Below are positions 58,701 through 64,000 of a stretch of 64,000 nt of DNA, one piece after another (position 1 is the first letter of the stretch; each line of letters starts with the position of its first letter). Both the position numbers and the translations under genes were made by a program. This stretch comes from a virus, in the IMG/VR virus record IMGVR_UViG_3300019360_000008, positions 1 to 64,000 of that record; one strand, 5' to 3'. The notes under the pieces are model-generated. The model worked only from the letters and a program-made list of their open reading frames with translations, made no database searches and was not told the DNA's origin.

Positions 58701-59208
58701 GCCGTCGGGCGACAGGCCAGAACTCATTGACCCGGGAACACCGCTTGGGTGTTACGACTCAGTATCAGGTCGCCGACGGCATTTCAAGTACACTGAGATC
58801 AAGGACCTAGAAGGTCTTACCGAATGGGCCAAGAAGTCTATCTTGGATCCTATGACTCGCGAAGCCCGCAACTATCCTCTGCAGGAGATCGTTGCGGCCA
58901 CAATGGCTCGCGCCCACATCTGGCTGCTGGACTATTACATCCAGCGTGGGATGAAAGCACGGCCGATGCTGTTGTTGTACGACGCTTTGACGGTGCGCTG
59001 CCCCTTGGAGGAGCGGTTCATCGTCAGGGACTCATTGCAGCGATACATGTCGGACGAGAACGTCTGGCATGTGGCGCGATCGAACATGAGCTTGCAGTTT
59101 GATATAGAAGTCGACTTCACCATCAGGTGGGCGCTAGACCCAACTCCGGATCTGCGCAAGCTTCTGTACGACGAACAGCTGCTCAAGTTCGAATGTCCTC
59201 CCGTATGA
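55753..59208 (+). CDS. polA: Family A DNA polymerase with an N-terminal UDG-like domain and 3'-5' exonuclease
   Basis: UDG4-like EINRLRPRIIVAMG; Exo DAE, HNFPAD, YACKD; TETGR; motif A DADLVTAE; motif B RGGGKVGMFSIPYG; motif C LYDAL. Confidence 0.9.
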   Translation: MASTFNFQSNSTASTMAPEEQARFDAEQAKLSIGQEIEFLSRHGEPLKEEDYWSQFPEHLRGIAPPTSLEFAHTGIGSLDWGDRFGNKFHGLTLLPTYRFKSGTPHRRVDILFVMPCVLDADIDSRYSPAAMLKGKAANLFARNLGRAGLADCCWDFTTLVRYPTKSNRPKSHDINWARPLFYAEINRLRPRIIVAMGKAVFENLYTAFKINLQDFQGGVFDVDVPEVLQDDEWRPKLMIMDQISLTFSRPELIERCLVDLDNIRYELTKLKEPDATRVTDVRTNYQVIETAEYLGNWIEDMRQKQVLKMAVDAEWAGKHFVDGKLRSFQSCWEPGQVTYLKFMDDQGRRVLPLHPKQIGDIMRPVFEAPGFQYIGHNFPADAVWIETHLGLSTYRRLFMDTMFVQQLINEYADLKLERLAVRYTRLGRYDVALQLWKKENADLFKESDGYGAIPDRLLVPYACKDVDVTFRVHPILLTQLIAQGPRLLQYWLQINRGFTSDCYTSKMLTGLPIDQAYADKLREVYHSNLAFLQDDFKRQVVAEADEMLLKSLTRHIPGAAVTVLQILNVQRKSGMPAPDMIRFAQMSVGSGWSQDAQLHACLEHWLDIDNFNYSSPDYLRRWMFQVKGLMPLKTTKKDGVTMSWEKVLKLDSDKQKDYTPAADKQTIKIYENQDPMIAYVGQLKSVATMCKTFLRDKDEDGEERGIHSWICSDGAIHANFASTETGRPRTWNPNILNWPKSVSKPIELAFKRVNAERAKATRQRMIDDAAMNGQEPNMAVIEEKVKEIQFAPVSLRSMVKAPPGECFVDADLVTAEVVGLGYLAGDRNLIDACEAPDQQFAIMRKTDESGNVKEKPVRICYIEDISRVPKDMQDASLLVPEDHPDLVRENNKIVHPKRDVHWQMAESFTKTPREKLNKDTHRGGGKVGMFSIPYGAKAPLIERNIEVLTGVKPAEGTGAAIITAYETNFPVATQFLNEMAMLPSGDRPELIDPGTPLGCYDSVSGRRRHFKYTEIKDLEGLTEWAKKSILDPMTREARNYPLQEIVAATMARAHIWLLDYYIQRGMKARPMLLLYDALTVRCPLEERFIVRDSLQRYMSDENVWHVARSNMSLQFDIEVDFTIRWALDPTPDLRKLLYDEQLLKFECPPV

Positions 59209-59233
59209 GCGATTCCCTGGAACCGAAAGTCGG

Positions 59234-59261
59234 TTGACAGTCGGTCTCGCACCTGTATAGT
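59234..59261 (+). promoter_or_regulatory. Near-consensus promoter TTGACA-N16-TATAGT
   Basis: Direct motif match; no ATG immediately downstream. Confidence 0.65.
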
Positions 59262-59335
59262 TGTAGCGGTCCTAGAACCTCATGGCGCCCGGCGAGTACT
59301 GGACGCAACGGAGGAAGTCAGGATCACTGTAATTG
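59258..59335 (+). ncRNA. Long G.U-rich imperfect hairpin upstream of the SSB gene
   Basis: 59258-73 pairs with 59320-35; inner stems CCTC/GAGG and GCGCCCGG/CTGGACGC. Confidence 0.45.
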
Positions 59336-59444
59336 ATATACGACTTGAACGACTGACACTCATCGAGCATCAAGATGAATTGACACCGCCACCCGGATCT
59401 CCATTACTCGAACAAATCAACCATTAACGTAACTGATTAGCATT

Positions 59445-60908
59445 ATGTCCACACGTCTCCATATCGTAGGTGGCTCGCAAGGCGAAGCCAAGCGCGAGTT
59501 CTCTGTAGGCTTTTTCCATGATGGTGTCCGCTCCATCGGCCTCAACAAGAAGGTCTCCCACCAGTTCCGGTTTCTGCCGGCTTTTGACAACAACCGTTAC
59601 CGCGAAACTGACGCGGAATACGCCACGTCCGTCCTGCCTTACCGGGATCGCAATCTCGCGGCGGACTCCACCGGCACGGAAGGTTTTACCTCCTGGTACT
59701 ACATCTTCCGGGTCCACAACTTCCTTGGTCACGGTAACCGCTCGTATGTGTCGCCAATCACGGGGCACCAGGGCAACCCGACCGGGGTCGATCCCATTCT
59801 TGACTGCTACATGCTGTGCAAGAAGAACGACGCGCTCAAGCACTTGATAGAGAAGCCCAAGAACAAGTCCGAAGGCTTCAACGCCGTGATCACGTCCCCT
59901 AAGAGCATGCCGTTCTTCAACGTGCTCACCTGCGTCGATAAGCAGTGGGTCAACGCGATCATGTACTGCACGATCTCTGCCCTCGACGACCTCAAGGGTA
60001 AGCTCGCGTTACGTGCTGGTCGTAACGACGCAGTCATCAGCCCGGAATGGTCGGACTACATCTACGGCGACATCACTCACCCGACCCAAGGGCTCATGGC
60101 CACCAGCCGCATTGCCAAGGTCGGAACCAACATGATCGAGACCGCCTGTGTCTTCTTCTCCGAGAAGGATGGCGTTCTGACCGGCGCGCAAGCCGCGCCG
60201 CTTGATCCGACCACGCCGTTTGGTCAACAGGCGCTCCGTGGCCGGTACAACCTCCTTGATCCTGAACGTGTCATCAAGGTGGCGACTTATGAGGAGATCC
60301 TCGATTACATCATCAACGATGGGACCATACCGTACAACGTGATCGAGGCTGCCTGCTCGCCGCACGTGGCTCGTCTTCCGGCGCCTCCTCCGGCGGCCCG
60401 TATGGCCAACGCTGGCGTTCCGCCGAGCGATGATGACGTTCCTATGGGCAACACCCCTCCTGCGTTCGGTCGTCCGGCCGCACCAGCATCCACGCAGCCG
60501 GCTTTAGCTCCTATCGGTTCAGGTATCGCCGGTTTCGCACCGACTCCGGCGGCTGCGGCCGCTCCGTTCCCCACTCAAACCGTCGTGGCTACTCCGGCTG
60601 CCACTCCGGTTTTCGCGACTCCCCCTGCGTTCGCACAGCCTGTCTCCAACACCCCGGCGTTCCCGGGTACGGTGACGGCGGGTCCTGGCCCACTTCCGAC
60701 GTTCGCTGCTCCGGCTGCCGCCGCGGTCGCCGAACAGCCGCGCGTGAGTAATGCGCTCCAGACTACCGGTGGTCCCCTCTCTACTGCCGAACAGGCTGAA
60801 TATCTAGCCTTGGCTCAGGAGATGATCGCCAGTAACGGCAAGGCTTTGCCCGACGAAAAGATGCGTCGTATGGCTGAGCTGGGAATGCGTGTTAACGCCG
60901 TCTCCTAA
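59445..60908 (+). CDS. Putative single-stranded DNA-binding protein (gp32-like) with a Pro/Ala-rich tail
   Basis: FRFLPA motif; position between polA and recA; low-complexity C-terminal third. Confidence 0.55.
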   Translation: MSTRLHIVGGSQGEAKREFSVGFFHDGVRSIGLNKKVSHQFRFLPAFDNNRYRETDAEYATSVLPYRDRNLAADSTGTEGFTSWYYIFRVHNFLGHGNRSYVSPITGHQGNPTGVDPILDCYMLCKKNDALKHLIEKPKNKSEGFNAVITSPKSMPFFNVLTCVDKQWVNAIMYCTISALDDLKGKLALRAGRNDAVISPEWSDYIYGDITHPTQGLMATSRIAKVGTNMIETACVFFSEKDGVLTGAQAAPLDPTTPFGQQALRGRYNLLDPERVIKVATYEEILDYIINDGTIPYNVIEAACSPHVARLPAPPPAARMANAGVPPSDDDVPMGNTPPAFGRPAAPASTQPALAPIGSGIAGFAPTPAAAAAPFPTQTVVATPAATPVFATPPAFAQPVSNTPAFPGTVTAGPGPLPTFAAPAAAAVAEQPRVSNALQTTGGPLSTAEQAEYLALAQEMIASNGKALPDEKMRRMAELGMRVNAVS

Positions 60909-60916
60909 TCCTATGC

Positions 60917-60950
60917 GGGATGGCCTGGTAACTCGGGCCATCCCTCTTTC
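60917..60950 (+). terminator. Hairpin/attenuator between SSB and recA
   Basis: GGGATGGCCTG-GTAACT-CGGGCCATCCC followed by TCTTTC. Confidence 0.6.
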
Positions 60951-60954
60951 ATTT

Positions 60955-62256
60955 ATGGCCGAGAAGAAAACTAAGCCCAAGAAGCCTACACCTTCCTTCA
61001 GTTTGCTAGACGACGATACATTCGCCAATCGGACCAAGGAAGCCCTGATGAAGAGCCGCAAAAAGGGCACCACGGTCGATTCATTGACCAACGTTCGTCG
61101 CGAGATCCTCAACCTCCCCCCGATTTACCTACAAGCCACGCTCAATAGCTTCGGCCTACAAACCAAGACGCTCGTCGACATCATCGGGGCTGAGGGTATC
61201 GGTAAGACGACCCTCATGTTCACGATCTTCGGGTGGTCGATGCTTCAAGGCTCTCCGTGCTTCTACGTCGAAACCGAAGGTAAGGTAATCGACGAAGAGC
61301 GGGCCATGCGTTCGCTCAACACCGACAAGGCGCTGGCGAAGAAAATGTTCGACCGAATCAGCTTCGACCAATGCTTCGAGCTGCAGCAGGCGATAGACTC
61401 GATCTATGCTTGGGTGAAGCTCGTCCGCGACCCCAAGAGCGAGGTCTACGTCCCTCATCACATACCTGTAGTGGTGGGCCTAGATACGTTCTCAAAGCTG
61501 ATGTCCGCCAGTGAGGCTGAAGGGCGACTGCTGTACAACGATCAGACCCTCAAGGGTAAGGAAGCAGACGCTAAAGATCTCGGCACAGGCTCAAACTTCG
61601 GGCATGCAAAGATCGCGCAAGCATGGTCTCGCCAGCTGCCCAACTGGCTGACGATGAACAACGTCATCCTGATACTCAACCGGCACCAAAACGACAAGGT
61701 CGATATGAACGCTGCTCCCGGTGCCTCCTTCGGTGGCGACGCTGCGGCGGGTTTCAACACCACGTCGATCGGCGGACGCGCGTTCAGTCAGAATGCCGCC
61801 CTACAGCTGATCCTGAGTCGCTACAAGTTTGCTACCAAGAAGGTGGGCGACGAGAACATCAAGATCGGCGTCGACGCCAAGATCACCGTGTCGAAGAACT
61901 CGTACGGCCCCAACGGATTGGTGTGCTTCTACCGGATCAACCAGAGGAACGATGGCGATACGGACACGACGTTCGTGCCGGCCCTCTCGTTTGCCCCCTA
62001 CACGTCCGAATGGCTGATGGGCAAGGGCATCCTGGAGATCTCGTCGAAGAACAAGAACTGTTACAGCTGTCGTGACCTCAACCTGTTCGATGTTACCTGC
62101 GACGAGTTCTATGCCGCCCTACAGGCCAACGAGGAAGTGCTCAACCTCATCGGCACTCGGCTTCGGCTGAAGGGCTATGAGGTTGACGACAATCAACCCC
62201 CGGCACTCCCGGTTCCTGCTTCCGATGAAGAGATTCAACCAGCCGGCCAAAAGTAA
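60955..62256 (+). CDS. recA: RecA/UvsX-like recombinase
   Basis: GAEGIGKTT, YVETEG, GLDTFS, IGGRA, VSKNSYG; start at ATG 60955. Confidence 0.85.
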   Translation: MAEKKTKPKKPTPSFSLLDDDTFANRTKEALMKSRKKGTTVDSLTNVRREILNLPPIYLQATLNSFGLQTKTLVDIIGAEGIGKTTLMFTIFGWSMLQGSPCFYVETEGKVIDEERAMRSLNTDKALAKKMFDRISFDQCFELQQAIDSIYAWVKLVRDPKSEVYVPHHIPVVVGLDTFSKLMSASEAEGRLLYNDQTLKGKEADAKDLGTGSNFGHAKIAQAWSRQLPNWLTMNNVILILNRHQNDKVDMNAAPGASFGGDAAAGFNTTSIGGRAFSQNAALQLILSRYKFATKKVGDENIKIGVDAKITVSKNSYGPNGLVCFYRINQRNDGDTDTTFVPALSFAPYTSEWLMGKGILEISSKNKNCYSCRDLNLFDVTCDEFYAALQANEEVLNLIGTRLRLKGYEVDDNQPPALPVPASDEEIQPAGQK

Positions 62257-62680
62257 CGAGTATCAGATCAAACAGATGCTTTGTGCTATTGCCAGGGTCA
62301 AGCCTATCCAGGTGGGTGGGCTTGGCCTTGACATGGAGCAGCTAGTTAATAACCTGGCTACAAGCTCGAATCTGAACCTACCTTGTGATGGCTCAGCTGT
62401 CGTGGTGGTAGATCACTACGTTCGGGCGCTCGTCGATCCGAAAGACCATACATCTCCGCTCGTCAACATGATGCGCGACCAGCCGGACTCTTATTTGCTG
62501 TTTGTGGATAACTACATTGCAGGCAAGGAAAGTCTGTTTCTCGGAAAGATGCTCCGCAGCAGTGATGAGATCCACAGCTGGGTACGGCACATGGACAAGC
62601 CTGAAATCATGGTCTATAGTTTGACCACCAGGGAGGGGATCATCGTGGCCCCTGTTAGCGCCCTGCTTAAGATCAAATGA
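62225..62680 (+). CDS. Hypothetical protein
   Basis: ATG 62225 within the ORF-track frame; ATGA overlap with the next gene. Confidence 0.55.
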   Translation: MKRFNQPAKSNEYQIKQMLCAIARVKPIQVGGLGLDMEQLVNNLATSSNLNLPCDGSAVVVVDHYVRALVDPKDHTSPLVNMMRDQPDSYLLFVDNYIAGKESLFLGKMLRSSDEIHSWVRHMDKPEIMVYSLTTREGIIVAPVSALLKIK

Positions 62681-63264
62681 GTTTTGACCTTTATATCACC
62701 AAGGAGCCATTTGATTTGTTGGGCGTTCCGGCCGGATTCCTTTGTTGGGCTCCCCACAATGTCGAGTACGGGGAGCTCAAACGTAGGAAGTTCATCCGGA
62801 TATTCAATTATGATCAACCCTGGCGGCACACTTGGGTCCCACGTACCTTTCTGCTTCATGTTCATCGCGTTGGCGAAGGGTACCGCGGCGACGGGGGCTG
62901 GTTCGTAGCGATACAGGGCCGACTGTTACGGGGTGAGCCAAATGCGTTCTTGCAGCATCCTTGGGAAGATGGCGATGACAGGTTGGGTCCTATACCCTGG
63001 CGTTTTGGCTCCCGTGGAGAAGCAATTTACTATCTGTCTTGCCTTCCTTTTAGGGCGCATGCAAAAGTGAGTGTGTGCCAGATGGTCGACAGCGTTTATA
63101 CTATGGCTTCACGAACCCGTGCCGAACTAAGTGAACGATTCCCAGTACTTTTACCGCAGGTGCAGATCGACTTAGAAGAGGAAGCGAAAATTTCAAGTCG
63201 TGAACTACTTAGACGCGGCCGCTTACGAACAAGTCGGCTGTACTTCCCGAATAAGAAAAAATGA
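62677..63264 (+). CDS. Hypothetical protein
   Basis: 195-aa ORF with ATGA overlaps on both sides. Confidence 0.6.
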   Translation: MSFDLYITKEPFDLLGVPAGFLCWAPHNVEYGELKRRKFIRIFNYDQPWRHTWVPRTFLLHVHRVGEGYRGDGGWFVAIQGRLLRGEPNAFLQHPWEDGDDRLGPIPWRFGSRGEAIYYLSCLPFRAHAKVSVCQMVDSVYTMASRTRAELSERFPVLLPQVQIDLEEEAKISSRELLRRGRLRTSRLYFPNKKK

Positions 63265-64000
63265 GTATTGATATTTTCAATCAAGCGATGTCTTACCTCC
63301 CGGCGGCATTGCACAAGATGGGATACCAGACCCTACGGCCTGGTCAGGATCGGGTGGTGCTCAATCTGTTTGCCGGCAAGTCGGTATTTTGCATTTTACC
63401 CACCGGTCAGGGTAAGTCTGCTTGCTACATTATACCCACTATTTGCCTCAATTACCGAACTCTCATTTTTTCGCCCTTGATCTCGTTGATGCAAGATCAG
63501 GTCGAGGCACTGTGGCGTCTTGGCCTCAAGGCCGGACAGATCAGCAGTGGCCAGAGTGATGCTGAGAATCAGGCCGTCATAACCCAATGGATGTCAGGGC
63601 AGCTGCAGTTCTTGCTGGTGGCACCTGAACGTATCGATAACGCTCAGTTCAGGCTGGCGATCGGTCACGTTCGTCCGGATATGGTGGTCATTGACGAAGC
63701 TCACTGCTGCAGCCAGTGGGCGGATTCCTTCCGGCCGCACTACGCCCGCTTGGGTGAGTTCTGCAAGCTGGCGCGGCCCAAGAGCCTTCTGCTCCTGACG
63801 GCTACGGCCACCGATGACGTCGAACAAGATGTACGACGTATCCTGTGTGCTGAAGCGGCCGAGCGGGTGATTTACTATCCCAAGAGACGCAACCTTCTGC
63901 TCACAAGTCGTCCTTACACGGGCGATCCCGAACTGCTGCAGTTTGTCAACAACATCGATGGTTCGGTAATCGTATACTGTTCGACCGTGAAGCGCACCGA
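63261..64000 (+). CDS. recQ: RecQ-family helicase (truncated by the window end; absent from the ORF track)
   Basis: Manual translation: GYQTLRPGQ, LPTGQGKSACY, SPLISLMQDQV, APER, IDEAHCCSQWADSFRPHY, LTATAT, IVYCST. Confidence 0.92.
   Translation, partial: MSIDIFNQAMSYLPAALHKMGYQTLRPGQDRVVLNLFAGKSVFCILPTGQGKSACYIIPTICLNYRTLIFSPLISLMQDQVEALWRLGLKAGQISSGQSDAENQAVITQWMSGQLQFLLVAPERIDNAQFRLAIGHVRPDMVVIDEAHCCSQWADSFRPHYARLGEFCKLARPKSLLLLTATATDDVEQDVRRILCAEAAERVIYYPKRRNLLLTSRPYTGDPELLQFVNNIDGSVIVYCSTVKRT

Noticed and set aside
59209-59427. 72 open codons in frame after the polA TGA (readthrough extension)
   Set aside because: No supporting signal, compatible with chance, and the region is better explained by a promoter and RNA structure

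Overview
The window looks like a gene-dense segment of a large contractile-tailed (myovirus-like) dsDNA phage genome using the standard code. 1-23.9 kb is a tail/baseplate module: spike/hub, a tail-chaperone pair with a likely -1 frameshift, tape measure, gp25- and baseplate-J-like wedges and a 1634-aa Gly/Thr-repeat protein, with an embedded sigma-70-family factor and a free-standing HNH endonuclease. 23.9-35 kb holds an 815-aa primase-like protein, a probable head protein, a C-tract/palindrome control region, duplicated membrane microproteins, a trypsin-like protease and an intein-split large terminase. 35-64 kb is replication/recombination: RNase H, NAD ligase, a degenerate ThyA, SbcD/SbcC, SF2 helicase, DnaB, DnaG, UDG-domain PolA, gp32-like SSB, RecA and a truncated RecQ. 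The best candidate for an undescribed system is a stand-alone RAMP (Cas7/Csm3-group-like) gene with its own promoter that overlaps an SF2 helicase. It lies between a direct-repeat/hairpin element and a tRNA-like RNA, with no CRISPR array or other cas gene in the window. All calls come from reading motifs by eye; no searches were run.
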